From an uncultured Porticoccus sp. (lineage in GTDB: Bacteria > Pseudomonadota > Gammaproteobacteria > Pseudomonadales > Porticoccaceae): DNA of 64,000 nt. The stretch spans positions 254,847 to 318,846 of the forward strand of contig CAYNAU010000003.1 in NCBI GenBank assembly GCA_964395715.1. The letters run 5' to 3'. A program made the position numbers and the translations under genes. The stretch's first letter is position 1; every line of letters starts with the position of its first letter. Below the pieces are notes generated by a model that was given only the letters and a program-made list of their open reading frames with translations, was not told the DNA's origin and ran no database searches. This document shows, piece after piece, positions 51,559-61,900 of this stretch.

Positions 51559-53106
51559 CTAAATTTTCAGTACATCGACGAAGAGGGTTAATTGCTGACC
51601 GGGTTTCAGCAGGTGTTTGGTGTTCAGATTGTTCCATTCCAGAATATCGCTGATGCTGAGATCAAACTCCCGGGCGATCCGGTAAAACGAATCTCCCCGG
51701 CGTACCTTGTAGCGGACTTTCTTTTGTTTGGTGGGCAGGACCTCTCCCTCGGTATAAAGACTCAAGACCTGGTTGAGTCTCAATGGCTCACGTATGTTCA
51801 GGTTGTTCCATTTGGCCAGTTCCTTGACGCTGACATTGTTCTCTCTGGCAATTTTCCAAAGGCTGTCTCCCTGCTTAACCTGGTAACTGCGTGCATACCC
51901 AGCCAGTGGTGTGTCGACACCAGAACCCGGTATTTTAAGGCGTTGGCCGATTCGCAACAGGTCACTCTGCAGGCGATTCTGCTTGCGTAGTTGGTTGACT
52001 GTGACACGGTTTTTTCGGGCAATCCCGGACAGGGTATCTCCAGACTTTACGATGTGTTGTTTTATCGGGGCCCACTGCTCCCGGGGGGTACTGTTCAGCG
52101 CAAGCTTGAAACTTTGGGTGTGATCAATGGGCAACAGGATGCGGTGAGGCCCCTCCGGGTGTGTGACGAGGCGACTATAGCCTGCATTCAACTGCTGCAG
52201 CTCTGTTTCGTTTAGATTGGCCAGTTCGGCTGCTTTTGATAAATCCAGCTGGTCGGGCACATCCACAATATCGAAATAGGGTGCATTATCGATATGGGGC
52301 AGGGCTATCTGGTGCGCTTCAGGGGACAACACCACCCGGGAGACAGCCAGCAGTTGCGGCACATAGGCACGGGTTTCCCGGGGCAGTTTCAAGGACCAGA
52401 AGTCAGTGGGCTTGCCCGCCTTGCGGTTTCGTTTCATGGCGCGTCGCACGTTGCCTTCACCGCAGTTGTAGGCGGCCAGTGCCAGGAGCCAGTCCTGATC
52501 AAAATAATTGTAGAGGTACTGAAGGTACTGTATGGCGGCTTCTGTTGCAGCGACAGGGTCCCGACGTCCGTCATACCACCAGTCCCGGCGCAGGCCAAAC
52601 CTGGTGCCGGTATCGGGTATGAATTGCCACAGTCCGGAAGCATGGCTGTTTGAGTAAGCGAAGGGGTCGTAGGCGCTTTCCACTACTGGCAGCAGGGCCA
52701 GTTCAAGGGGCATCCCCCGGCTTTCCAGTTGCTCGACGATGTAATAGAGGTACATTTCGGCACGGCCCATTACCCTGTCGAAATACGTCTGGTTTCTGGA
52801 GTACCAGTCGACCTGTGGAGCAATGCCGGGATGTTCGAAATATTCCTGCAATACCATGCCATTGCGGATGCGTTGCCAGATATCCGCCTCGGCCTCAATG
52901 CCAGGCTGGGTATCAAGGGATGCAAAGATGACGGGTGTTTTTAAAGGTTTAGGCTTGAGAGTTTGGCTGGTGGGAATTGCTGTTTGGACGTTATACGTTC
53001 GGGTTGGGGCTGGCTGTGTGTTTTGGGCTTGTTCTGCAGGTTGTTGTGCACAGCCTGCGAGTAGCGACAAAACTATTACTGCGGTCGTTCGGAAGTATCG
53101 GGGCAT
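51559..53106 (-). CDS. mltD: Membrane-bound lytic murein transglycosylase D with 3 LysM domains
   Basis: Lipobox LAGC, VVESAYDP, GLWQF, LAAYNCGEG, ETRAYVP; three LysM repeats (GDTL/GDSL/GDSF). Confidence 0.92.
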   Translation of the reverse strand: MPRYFRTTAVIVLSLLAGCAQQPAEQAQNTQPAPTRTYNVQTAIPTSQTLKPKPLKTPVIFASLDTQPGIEAEADIWQRIRNGMVLQEYFEHPGIAPQVDWYSRNQTYFDRVMGRAEMYLYYIVEQLESRGMPLELALLPVVESAYDPFAYSNSHASGLWQFIPDTGTRFGLRRDWWYDGRRDPVAATEAAIQYLQYLYNYFDQDWLLALAAYNCGEGNVRRAMKRNRKAGKPTDFWSLKLPRETRAYVPQLLAVSRVVLSPEAHQIALPHIDNAPYFDIVDVPDQLDLSKAAELANLNETELQQLNAGYSRLVTHPEGPHRILLPIDHTQSFKLALNSTPREQWAPIKQHIVKSGDTLSGIARKNRVTVNQLRKQNRLQSDLLRIGQRLKIPGSGVDTPLAGYARSYQVKQGDSLWKIARENNVSVKELAKWNNLNIREPLRLNQVLSLYTEGEVLPTKQKKVRYKVRRGDSFYRIAREFDLSISDILEWNNLNTKHLLKPGQQLTLFVDVLKI

Positions 53107-53248
53107 GGAATTTTCTTGTTAGCCAGCGTATTGGCCAGGAATTTTAACGGTGCGATCCCAAGCCTGCAATCTTTGGGATCGAGTAGTTGTTGTTGATGTG
53201 AGCGATGTCTCGGTTAGTAACCTTTCAGCTTGAAGTGCGTCCTATTGC

Positions 53249-54016
53249 TTAAAAGTTATCTTTCCACTGGCGTATGACCCGAAACACTTCGTCTGCGCCT
53301 TGAATTGTGTGTCCTTCATGGGCTTCTGCTGCCAGGTGGACGGCTGCCTCGTGAGGCCTCAAAAACGGGTTTGTCGCCATCTCCTCGGCCAGCGTTGAGG
53401 GTACGGTTGCTATGCCAGAGCGGCGCAAATCCGCTACCTCTTTTACTCTTTTTGCCAGAACCGTATTTTCCGGCTCAACCGCTTGTGCAAAACGCAGGTT
53501 TGCCTGGGTGTATTCATGAGCACAGAAAATGCGGGTCGATGGGGGCAGCGCAAGCAATTTTTGCAGGGACTGCCACATCTGTTTTGGGCTTCCCTCGAAT
53601 AATCTGCCACAGCCCCCTGCAAACAGTGTATCACCACAGAAAATCAGTGGTTCTTCCGAAGAAAAATAAGCAATGTGGTCCAGGGTATGGCCGGGAACGG
53701 CGATCACCTCAAATACGGTGTCCTCAATGGTCAGGTGGTCATGGTCGGAGACAGGGTGTGTCACTACCTCGATACTGCTCGGGCCGTAGATTGGAACCGG
53801 GTGATTCTGCAGTAACTCCCTGATACCACCGATATGGTCCGGGTGGTGGTGGGTTACCAGAATCCCGCTCAGGCTCAATTGGTGTTCTTTAAGCGCGGCT
53901 TCGACCGGTACGGCATCGCCCGGGTCCACCACCCAGGTAAGGCTGCTGCCAGACTGGTGAAACAGCCAGAAATAGTTGTCGCTAAATGCGGAAATCCGCT
54001 CAATGATTAATGACAT
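53249..54016 (-). CDS. gloB: Hydroxyacylglutathione hydrolase (glyoxalase II)
   Basis: THHHPDHIGG, PGHTLDH, CGDTLF.GGCGR, CAHEYT, NPFLR. Confidence 0.95.
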   Translation of the reverse strand: MSLIIERISAFSDNYFWLFHQSGSSLTWVVDPGDAVPVEAALKEHQLSLSGILVTHHHPDHIGGIRELLQNHPVPIYGPSSIEVVTHPVSDHDHLTIEDTVFEVIAVPGHTLDHIAYFSSEEPLIFCGDTLFAGGCGRLFEGSPKQMWQSLQKLLALPPSTRIFCAHEYTQANLRFAQAVEPENTVLAKRVKEVADLRRSGIATVPSTLAEEMATNPFLRPHEAAVHLAAEAHEGHTIQGADEVFRVIRQWKDNF

Positions 54017-54094
54017 GGATTGATCCGGTAGTTTTCAATGGGCATATTACCCATAATAAACAACAGGGTCTAAAAGGTTAATCCGGGTAATTTA

Positions 54095-54922
54095 ATGCGG
54101 TTACAGGAGTGGTTCAAAGGGGCAGTTGATTATCTGGATCTTCGCCATGCCGTGTTGCCGCTTGCGGACTCGCAACAGGCACTGGACAGCTGGTTTCATA
54201 CCCGTCACGGTGAGCTGTTGCTGCAGAGAGAGCAGCAGGCGCTGGATCAATTAATGCCCACCACCGAGGCCCACCGGATGCTCTACCTCGGTGCGGGTGC
54301 CTGTCGTCTGTTGTCTGATGATTATCACCACTTACACAGCTTCTGTATCAGCGCCTCACCCTACGGTACCGGCACTGCCGGCGCCATCGCTGATTTTGAT
54401 GCGTTGCCGCTGCCTTCCGAGACCATTGATACTGTCCTTCTGCACCATGCACTGGAATTCTCACAATATCCCCACGAGGTGTTGAGTGAGGTTGCCAGGG
54501 TACTGACACCAGGTGGGCAGGTGATGGTCGTTGTGCTGAATCCGATCAGCCTGTTCGGGATGGCAAAATGGCCGGCAAGACTCTTTTCAAACCAATTGGG
54601 CTGGCGCCACCACGGCCTGCGTTACCGGCGGTTACTTGACTGGCTCAGGCTACTCAATTTACAGCCGGAAAAAGCCGTTTCAGGGTGTTTCAGCTGGCCA
54701 CTGCTGTGTGGTGACAGCTGTCAGGAACCCGGCCCCTTGGAACGGGCAGGGCAGCGGCTACGGTTGCCCTGGGGTGCGTTTTATATTGTACGTGCGAGGA
54801 AATATACCGCGAGGCTGACACCGACAGGCTCTCGATTGTGGCGTTCAATCAGTGCGCCGCTGGTACCGGGTATTGACAAACCCGCCATGAGAAAGTCCCC
54901 ACATCGGGAGAAAGTTGATTGA
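54095..54922 (+). CDS. Class I SAM-dependent methyltransferase (YafS-like)
   Basis: [33 protein letters not shown]; lies between gloB and rnhA. Confidence 0.85.
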   Translation: MRLQEWFKGAVDYLDLRHAVLPLADSQQALDSWFHTRHGELLLQREQQALDQLMPTTEAHRMLYLGAGACRLLSDDYHHLHSFCISASPYGTGTAGAIADFDALPLPSETIDTVLLHHALEFSQYPHEVLSEVARVLTPGGQVMVVVLNPISLFGMAKWPARLFSNQLGWRHHGLRYRRLLDWLRLLNLQPEKAVSGCFSWPLLCGDSCQEPGPLERAGQRLRLPWGAFYIVRARKYTARLTPTGSRLWRSISAPLVPGIDKPAMRKSPHREKVD

Positions 54923-55362
54923 AAGACGTCGAAATTTTTACGGATGGTGCCTGCCGGGGAAATCCCGGCCCTGGAGGATGGGGCGCGCTCCTTCGCTACG
55001 GGGGCCATGAAAAGGAGCTCTTCGGTGGCGAGGCCATGACTACCAACAACCGTATGGAGCTGACAGCCGCCATCGAATCATTGGCGGCGCTGACTCAGCC
55101 CTGTAAAGTGAATCTGACCACCGACTCGGAGTATGTGCGGCAGGGCATAACCAGTTGGCTGGAGAACTGGAAAAAACGTGGCTGGAAAACTGCGGCCAAG
55201 AAACCGGTGAAAAATGTCGACCTGTGGCAGAAACTTGACGAGCAGGTGGCGAGACACGAAGTACAATGGCACTGGGTCAAGGGGCACAGTGGCCACCGTG
55301 AAAACGAACTGGCCGATCAACTGGCCAACCGGGGAATCGATGAACTCCCCGTCAATGAATAA
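54919..55362 (+). CDS. rnhA: Ribonuclease HI
   Basis: [42 protein letters not shown]. Confidence 0.97.
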   Translation: MKDVEIFTDGACRGNPGPGGWGALLRYGGHEKELFGGEAMTTNNRMELTAAIESLAALTQPCKVNLTTDSEYVRQGITSWLENWKKRGWKTAAKKPVKNVDLWQKLDEQVARHEVQWHWVKGHSGHRENELADQLANRGIDELPVNE

Positions 55363-55389
55363 CAGTTAACAGCACCATTAGGGAACCAT

Positions 55390-56097
55390 ATGCGCCAGGT
55401 TGTTCTGGATACTGAAACTACTGGTCTGGAAACCACACAGGATCATCGCATTATCGAGATCGGCTGTGTCGAAGTGATCAATCGCCGCCTCACTGGCCGT
55501 CACTATCATCAGTACATCAATCCCCAGCGGGAAGTTGACGATGGTGCGCTGGAAGTGCACGGCATCAGCAATGAGTTTCTTGCCGATAAACCCCTGTTTG
55601 AGGCTGTCGCCGATGACTTTCTGGCCTTTATCGAGGGCGCAGAACTGGTGATTCATAACGCCCCGTTTGATGTGGGTTTTATCGATCACGAATTCGCCAA
55701 GCTGAAAGGCTATGGCAAAACCGTGGATTACTGTTCCGTTATTGATACCCTGGTGATGGCCCGACAACGGCATCCCGGCCAGAAAAACAATCTGGACGCT
55801 CTCTGTAAACGCTACGATGTGGACAACTCACAGCGGGACCTGCACGGCGCGTTGTTGGATGCCGAGATTCTCGCCGACGTCTATCTGATGATGACCGGTG
55901 GTCAAGTGGATCTCGGGTTTGGAGGTCACGGTGCCCGTGGCGGTGTGTCAGGGGGCGAAGCGATTAAACGTCTGCCAACTGACAGGAAGCCACTCAAGGT
56001 GATCAAAGCGTCTGATGAAGAAATCGAAGCCCATAACGCGCAACTGGCCCGCATTGAGCAGGCCAGTGGTACGTGTCTTTGGTTGTCTCAGGATTAG
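55390..56097 (+). CDS. dnaQ: DNA polymerase III epsilon subunit
   Basis: ExoI DTETTG, ExoII HNAPFD, ExoIII HGALLDAEILA. Confidence 0.97.
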   Translation: MRQVVLDTETTGLETTQDHRIIEIGCVEVINRRLTGRHYHQYINPQREVDDGALEVHGISNEFLADKPLFEAVADDFLAFIEGAELVIHNAPFDVGFIDHEFAKLKGYGKTVDYCSVIDTLVMARQRHPGQKNNLDALCKRYDVDNSQRDLHGALLDAEILADVYLMMTGGQVDLGFGGHGARGGVSGGEAIKRLPTDRKPLKVIKASDEEIEAHNAQLARIEQASGTCLWLSQD

Positions 56098-56101
56098 CGA
56101 C

Positions 56102-57604
56102 TTAAAGAATAAAAACGACGCTGATAATACCCACACCGGAAAGTACGATGGTGTAAGGCAGTGCCATAATCACCATGCGTCCGTAAGACAGACGAATCAG
56201 TGGGGCCAGAGCCGACGTTAACAGGAACAGGAATGCCGCCTGGCCATTCGGAGTGGCAACGCTGGGCAGGTTTGTACCTGTATTGATAGCAACAGCCAGC
56301 AGATCAAAGTGTTCACGGCTGATCTTTCCTGCCTCGAATACAGCCTTCACTTCATTGATATACACCGTAGCCACAAACACGTTATCACTGATCATGGACA
56401 GCACACCATTGGCGATAAAGAACATCACGGGCTGAATGTTCTGGTCCATGGCGAGCACCGCATTGATAATCGGTGAGAACAGATGCTGTTCATGAATCAC
56501 AGCGACGACGGCAAAAAATACCACCAGCAGCGCGGTGAAGGGCAGTGCCTCTTCAAACGCGTGGCCAATCTGGTGCTCTTCCGTAACACCGTTGAAGGCG
56601 GTCAGTAAAACGATAACGGTCAGGCCTATCAGTCCCACGGCTGCCAGGTGCAACGCCAGACCAACCACCAGAAAAATGGCCACCAGCGCTTGCACGATGA
56701 GTGTCGCGCGGTGCCTGTTGGTCAGTTTCTTGGATTCCTGAACATTGAACTCTTCGAGAACGGTGCGGACATTTTCTGGAATAACCGCGCCATAACCGAA
56801 AATAGCGGTTTTCTCCAATAGCAAACAGGTCAGTAATCCGCAGACCAGAACCGGCATGGTGACCGGTGCCATCACGAGGAAGAAGTGGACAAAGCTCCAG
56901 CCGGCCTTTTCGGCAATCAGCAGGTTTTGGGGTTCACCTACCAGGGTGCAGACACCGCCCAGTGCCGTCCCCACCACGCCGTGCATGATCAGGCTGCGCA
57001 GGAATGAGCGAAAGCCCTCCAGGTCCTCGCGGTGATACTCCATCACGGACACATCACTGGAGTGATCGTGGTCATGGTGGACTTCCTTACCGGAAGCAAC
57101 CTTGTGGTAAACGGAATAGAAACCGACCGCGACACTGATCAACACCGCGGTCACTGTCAATGCGTCAAGAAACGCGGATAAGAAGGCCCCGGTGATACAG
57201 AAGAGCAGCGATAGAATGGCTTTGGAACGAACGCCGATCAGAATCTTGGTAAAGGTGAACAGCAGCAGGTCGCGCATAAAGTAGATACCTGCGACCATAA
57301 ACATCAGCAGAAGGATAACTTCAAAATTCCCAATAGCTTCATGGTAAACAGTTTCAGGTTGCGCCAACCCAAGAAAAATGGCTTCAACGGCAAGTAGGCC
57401 GCCGGGCTGGAGTGGGTAACACTTGAGTGCCATGGCCAACGTAAAAATGAACTCGATAATCAGCAACCAGCCGGTCACAAAAGGACCAACGGTGAAAACC
57501 AGAACAGGGTTAATAGCCAGAAAGCCCAAAATGGTGTATTTGTACCAGTCTGGTGAATTGCCAAGAAAATTTTTCGTGAATGCCTGGAACATGGATTGGG
57601 ACAT
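56102..57604 (-). CDS. nhaB: Na+/H+ antiporter NhaB
   Basis: [43 protein letters not shown]. Confidence 0.95.
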   Translation of the reverse strand: MSQSMFQAFTKNFLGNSPDWYKYTILGFLAINPVLVFTVGPFVTGWLLIIEFIFTLAMALKCYPLQPGGLLAVEAIFLGLAQPETVYHEAIGNFEVILLLMFMVAGIYFMRDLLLFTFTKILIGVRSKAILSLLFCITGAFLSAFLDALTVTAVLISVAVGFYSVYHKVASGKEVHHDHDHSSDVSVMEYHREDLEGFRSFLRSLIMHGVVGTALGGVCTLVGEPQNLLIAEKAGWSFVHFFLVMAPVTMPVLVCGLLTCLLLEKTAIFGYGAVIPENVRTVLEEFNVQESKKLTNRHRATLIVQALVAIFLVVGLALHLAAVGLIGLTVIVLLTAFNGVTEEHQIGHAFEEALPFTALLVVFFAVVAVIHEQHLFSPIINAVLAMDQNIQPVMFFIANGVLSMISDNVFVATVYINEVKAVFEAGKISREHFDLLAVAINTGTNLPSVATPNGQAAFLFLLTSALAPLIRLSYGRMVIMALPYTIVLSGVGIISVVFIL

Positions 57605-57746
57605 GAAGGGTTCCTTTTTATTTGTTCGGTCTATCTCGGGCTCAAATTCAAGGAGCTATTGGTGTTATTATCGGAGACCATCGGGTGATGAAAAAGCCAT
57701 ACCGGGCCTCAGGGTCCTGCAAACTTACGGCCTGCAATTATAAAGG

Positions 57747-59414
57747 GTGAACGCGTTAATGTATCCAATAAATCCCCAAGTTATTGCGATGGTTCAGGAA
57801 GAGCTGGAAAAAGAACTGCTCGCCCTGATGCAATTGCTTGAAGACGCTGCAGACAGTGTCGACATGGAGAAGTTTAAGGGGCATCTCTCTGCCCTTGCGG
57901 GAGCATTAAAAGTTCTGGAGCTACCCAGTGCCACTGCTTTTATGCAGGCGATTTCAGAACTGGCGGATACCCCGGTACAACTGGCTCCTGGATCCGATGA
58001 GGGCAAGGCAGTCTACAGCGCCCTGCAATGCTTTTCGGCCTACCTGCAACAACTGGCGCGTCTCAAGCACGACAATTTGCTGTTGTTACTTCCAGAAATT
58101 AACGAGTTGCGAGCGGTGGCCGGTCAGCCGCCGATGGACGAACGGGACGCCGTTCGCGATTGCATGCCGGAACACCTTGCTCTACTCAATGCCTCAATGC
58201 GAACTGATGAAGAGCGTCAGGTTGTTGCCTCGGTCAGGCGACTGTTCCAGCAGGGGCTGGTGCATGCATTCAGGGGAGCGAACCGCAAGGCGGCCATCAA
58301 AGTGATGGCGCATGGTGTACACCGGTTGCGCAAGGAGTTGACTGAACCTGCCGAGCGGGATTACTGGTCCTTGGTGTTTGAAATTCTCAGTGCGATGCAT
58401 CGTGGCACACTGGGTTTTGAGCAGAGCCTCCTGAAAACGCTGATGAGTGTGGAAAAGCAGTTGCGTGTGATGGAAGAGAATCGTGAAGTAAGCGGATTTT
58501 ATCCACTGGATATACAGCAACGGTTACTGGCTTTTTTCGCCCTGTCCGGATTGCAGAGTGACGGAGCCCAAAAACTGGCGGATAAGCTGGGTGTCACTTC
58601 ACCGGGCATCACCAGTCAGAACATTGCAGAGAGCCGGGACAGCTTCACCGGGGATAGCGATAAACCTCTGAGTGTTCTGCTGGTGGCAATTGCCGAGCAG
58701 GTTGAGCAGCTACGGCAACTGCTTGATGAAGGCATGGTCTCCGAGGCGGGTGCAATGGAGGGCTGCGATGAACTGGCGGCAGGACTTCGCCTGCTGGGTG
58801 AATTGTGTGAACAGAGCCACCTTAAGCTTGCCAGCCAACGATGCCAGGTCCATGTTGCCGGTATTGAAAGTCTCCAGGGTGGTCAGTTGCCCATGCAGCT
58901 CTATGAGCAGTTGGCAGATACGTTATTGTACCTGGATTGTATTCTGACGGAGCTACAGTCCCAGGCACTTTCGGAATCCCGTATTACCCAGGTGAATACA
59001 CGCAGCCTCAAGCAGGTCGTAGAAAACAATATCGTCGAACACGCCGAGAGAAGGGTGCTTCAGGAAGCCGCTGACCACCTGTCAGTGGTCATGCAGCTGA
59101 CAGCCGACTACTGTGACGGTATTGCCGGTGATGAAGTCGCTGAACCACTACTGGATAATTTCAAATTGATTCTTGGGCCGATGGGTATGCTGGAGCTCAC
59201 CCGTGCTGAGAATGTTGCCCAGCGTTGTCTGGAAATTCTCAATCGTTGTGTCACCTCCGGTGGCAGTGTGACGCTGGCTTCGACGATGGAGGTGTTCGCT
59301 GACGCCATTGTCAGTCTTGAATATTACCTGCAAAACCGCCGCTGGAATCGGAGTTTCGACGACGCGGTGTTAAGCGTGGCTGAAGAATGCCTGTTGACTC
59401 TGGAAGCAGCCTAG
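57747..59414 (+). CDS. fimL: FimL-like scaffold protein (ChpA N-terminus-like, Hpt-like helical repeats)
   Basis: LLLLPEINELRAVAGQP and LADTLLYLDC resemble FimL as I recall it; position between nhaB and nudC. Confidence 0.7.
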   Translation: MNALMYPINPQVIAMVQEELEKELLALMQLLEDAADSVDMEKFKGHLSALAGALKVLELPSATAFMQAISELADTPVQLAPGSDEGKAVYSALQCFSAYLQQLARLKHDNLLLLLPEINELRAVAGQPPMDERDAVRDCMPEHLALLNASMRTDEERQVVASVRRLFQQGLVHAFRGANRKAAIKVMAHGVHRLRKELTEPAERDYWSLVFEILSAMHRGTLGFEQSLLKTLMSVEKQLRVMEENREVSGFYPLDIQQRLLAFFALSGLQSDGAQKLADKLGVTSPGITSQNIAESRDSFTGDSDKPLSVLLVAIAEQVEQLRQLLDEGMVSEAGAMEGCDELAAGLRLLGELCEQSHLKLASQRCQVHVAGIESLQGGQLPMQLYEQLADTLLYLDCILTELQSQALSESRITQVNTRSLKQVVENNIVEHAERRVLQEAADHLSVVMQLTADYCDGIAGDEVAEPLLDNFKLILGPMGMLELTRAENVAQRCLEILNRCVTSGGSVTLASTMEVFADAIVSLEYYLQNRRWNRSFDDAVLSVAEECLLTLEAA

Positions 59415-59425
59415 CATCGGCGTTG

Positions 59426-60262
59426 ATGGGCAATCCAGAGCCGTTACATCACTTTCTGGCTTGCAGCGCATTGCCAGAGGGTATCCATAAACCCCCTCTC
59501 TTGATTGCTGTTAACGGTCAACAGGTTGTTTGCACTGAAGGGGATTCAAGGCAGGTCTTTCTCTCGGAGTCTCTGGCCCCATCCCTCAATGAATCACAAC
59601 ACCTACTGGGAGTGCTCGATGGGCAACCCTGTTATGCCGTGGATGCATCAGCTGCCGAGTTGCCACCAGGCATGACCTTTGTTGCACTTCGTTCCCTGTT
59701 GGGTGACCTGGATGAATCGCGTTTTCAGTTGGCGGGTAGAGCCTGTCAGATTGTGCAATGGGATCAGCAGCACCGTTATTGTGGTCGCTGTGGCAGGGCG
59801 ACAAACGTTATTCCGGAAGATCGCTCACGTGCCTGCGATACCTGCCAGGAGCGCTTTTATCCGCGCTTGTCCCCCTGCGTCATTGTGGTGATCCGTCGTG
59901 GTGAGTACTGCCTGTTGGCGAGCAGCGCCCGCTGGGAAGGACGTTATTACAGTGCGCTGGCCGGTTTTATTGAACCGGGAGAAACCGTCGAACAGGCACT
60001 GCATCGTGAAGTGATGGAAGAAGTCGGCATCAAAGTGACCAATCTGACCTACTTTGCCAGTCAGCCCTGGCCTTTCCCGGGTCAATTAATGCTGGGATTT
60101 CATGCCGACTACCTGAGCGGTGATATCCAGGTGGATGGGGAAGAAATTGTCGCAGCGGACTGGTGGCACTATCGGGATTTGCCACCACACCCCGATGAAA
60201 ATACGTTATCAGGGCAACTTATCCGCCACTTTGTCGCCACCTGTCGCGAAGCGGAGAGTTGA
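59426..60262 (+). CDS. nudC: NAD(+)/NADH diphosphatase (NAD-cap decapping)
   Basis: Zn finger CGRCG..CDTC, YPRLSP, Nudix box GFIEPGETVEQALHREVMEE, SQPWPFP. Confidence 0.95.
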   Translation: MGNPEPLHHFLACSALPEGIHKPPLLIAVNGQQVVCTEGDSRQVFLSESLAPSLNESQHLLGVLDGQPCYAVDASAAELPPGMTFVALRSLLGDLDESRFQLAGRACQIVQWDQQHRYCGRCGRATNVIPEDRSRACDTCQERFYPRLSPCVIVVIRRGEYCLLASSARWEGRYYSALAGFIEPGETVEQALHREVMEEVGIKVTNLTYFASQPWPFPGQLMLGFHADYLSGDIQVDGEEIVAADWWHYRDLPPHPDENTLSGQLIRHFVATCREAES

Positions 60263-60912
60263 TCGTGTCACTTCCCATTTCGGTTATCATGATTGGTGCC
60301 ATACTGTTGCTGGTGCTCGGGCTCAAGGCACTGATCGGGCAGGGTATGTTGGCGGCCGTTCTGCGCTCCGTCCTGGGTTTGCTGCTGTTAGCGGGTAGCA
60401 CGGTGTTGTTTCTGGCCGGGTATGATCTGCACAGCTATCGATCCCTGCTGGACGAGCAGGCGGTGGTCACCATGCAGTTTCAAAAACTGCAGTCCCAGCG
60501 CTATCGAGTTATTCTGGTGGAAAGTAACGGGGAGCAATACCGCTATCACCTGAGCGGTGATCAGTGGCAACTGGATGCACGTATAGTGAAATGGCATCCG
60601 ACACTGGCCAGACTTGGCTTCAAGTCGCTGTATCGTCTTGATCGCTTAAGTGGCCGTTATGCTGATATTCGCCAACAGCTTGAGGAACCAGCCAGCGCAC
60701 ACCAGCTGGTTGAACCACCCACAGATTTTGATACCTGGATGCTGCTCAAAAAATTTCCGGGTCTCGGACAGTGGATTGACGCGCAATATGGCAGCGCCAC
60801 GTTTTTGCCTATGGCCGATGGTGCTGTCTATGAAGTCAAACTGGCTTTTGGCGGCTTGTTGGCTCGCCCCGTCAATCCAGAGGCGAAACAGGCCGTGTCG
60901 ACATGGCGTTAA
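60259..60912 (+). CDS. Conserved hypothetical membrane protein
   Basis: Two N-terminal TMs; GDQWQLDARIVKW, YRLDRLSGRY, YGSATFLPMADGA; overlaps the nudC stop. Confidence 0.75.
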   Translation: MIVSLPISVIMIGAILLLVLGLKALIGQGMLAAVLRSVLGLLLLAGSTVLFLAGYDLHSYRSLLDEQAVVTMQFQKLQSQRYRVILVESNGEQYRYHLSGDQWQLDARIVKWHPTLARLGFKSLYRLDRLSGRYADIRQQLEEPASAHQLVEPPTDFDTWMLLKKFPGLGQWIDAQYGSATFLPMADGAVYEVKLAFGGLLARPVNPEAKQAVSTWR

Positions 60913-60976
60913 TCTGCTATCGGCTTTTTTTCTGTAGAGAGAGCTACCCTACATCACGGCCTTTTCAACATAGTGG

Positions 60977-61900
60977 TTAGAATGCCACCTTCTCTTTACC
61001 TTTCAGCTCCAGAATAGCTCGTGCCTCATCCGGGGTGGCGACTTCCAGTCCCAGCCCTTCAATGGTCTTGCGCACCTGGTAGACCTGTTCGGCATTGGTT
61101 TTAGCCAGTTCACCGCGGCGCAACCACAATGAGTCTTCCAGGCCCACGCGGACATTGCCCCCCATGGAGGCCGCCATGGCTGCCACACGCATTTGATTGG
61201 AACCGGCAGCCAGTACTGACCAGCGGTAATCGTCACTGAAGAGACGATCTGCGGTTCTCTTCATATGCATGACATCCTCCGGATGAGCGCCAATACCACC
61301 GAGCAGGCCAAAACAGGTTTGAATAAACAGGGGACCCTTAACAATGCCTTCCTGATAGAAGTACTGCAGATTGTAGAGGTGGCTGGTGTCATAGCACTCA
61401 AATTCGTAGCGGGTTCCGGTTTTGTTGAGAGTATCCAGTGCGTAGCGGATATCTTTAAAACTGTTGCGGAACACCAGGTCATGTGAGCCTTCAAGCATTT
61501 CCGGTTCCCAGTCATGCTTAAACTCCTTGAAGCGCTTTAGCATGGGGAACAGGCCGAAGTTCATGGAGCCCATATTCAGGCTGGCAACTTCAGGTTGCCA
61601 GTGTTCAGCGGGTTTCACCCGGTACTCGACCGGCATGAAAGGCGAAGCCCCGGTGGTGATATTCACGACCACATCCGAGTTGCTTTTGATTGCCTTTAGG
61701 AACGGCGCGAAATCTTCAGGGGTATGTACCGGCCGTCCATCCACCGGGTCCCTTGCGTGCAGGTGAACGATAGCGGCACCTGCTTCTGCGGCACCCAGAG
61801 CAGATTCGGCAATTTCCTCAGGGGTTACCGGCAGGTAGGGCGACATGGAAGGGGTATGTATAGATCCAGTTATTGCACAGGAAATAATTACTTTTGACAT
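60977..61900 (-). CDS. Beta-keto acid cleavage enzyme (3-keto-5-aminohexanoate cleavage/BKACE family)
   Basis: VIISCAITG, Zn ligands VHLHAR, ASLNMGS, FECYD, GGNVRVGLED, TPDEARAIL. Confidence 0.9.
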   Translation of the reverse strand: MSKVIISCAITGSIHTPSMSPYLPVTPEEIAESALGAAEAGAAIVHLHARDPVDGRPVHTPEDFAPFLKAIKSNSDVVVNITTGASPFMPVEYRVKPAEHWQPEVASLNMGSMNFGLFPMLKRFKEFKHDWEPEMLEGSHDLVFRNSFKDIRYALDTLNKTGTRYEFECYDTSHLYNLQYFYQEGIVKGPLFIQTCFGLLGGIGAHPEDVMHMKRTADRLFSDDYRWSVLAAGSNQMRVAAMAASMGGNVRVGLEDSLWLRRGELAKTNAEQVYQVRKTIEGLGLEVATPDEARAILELKGKEKVAF

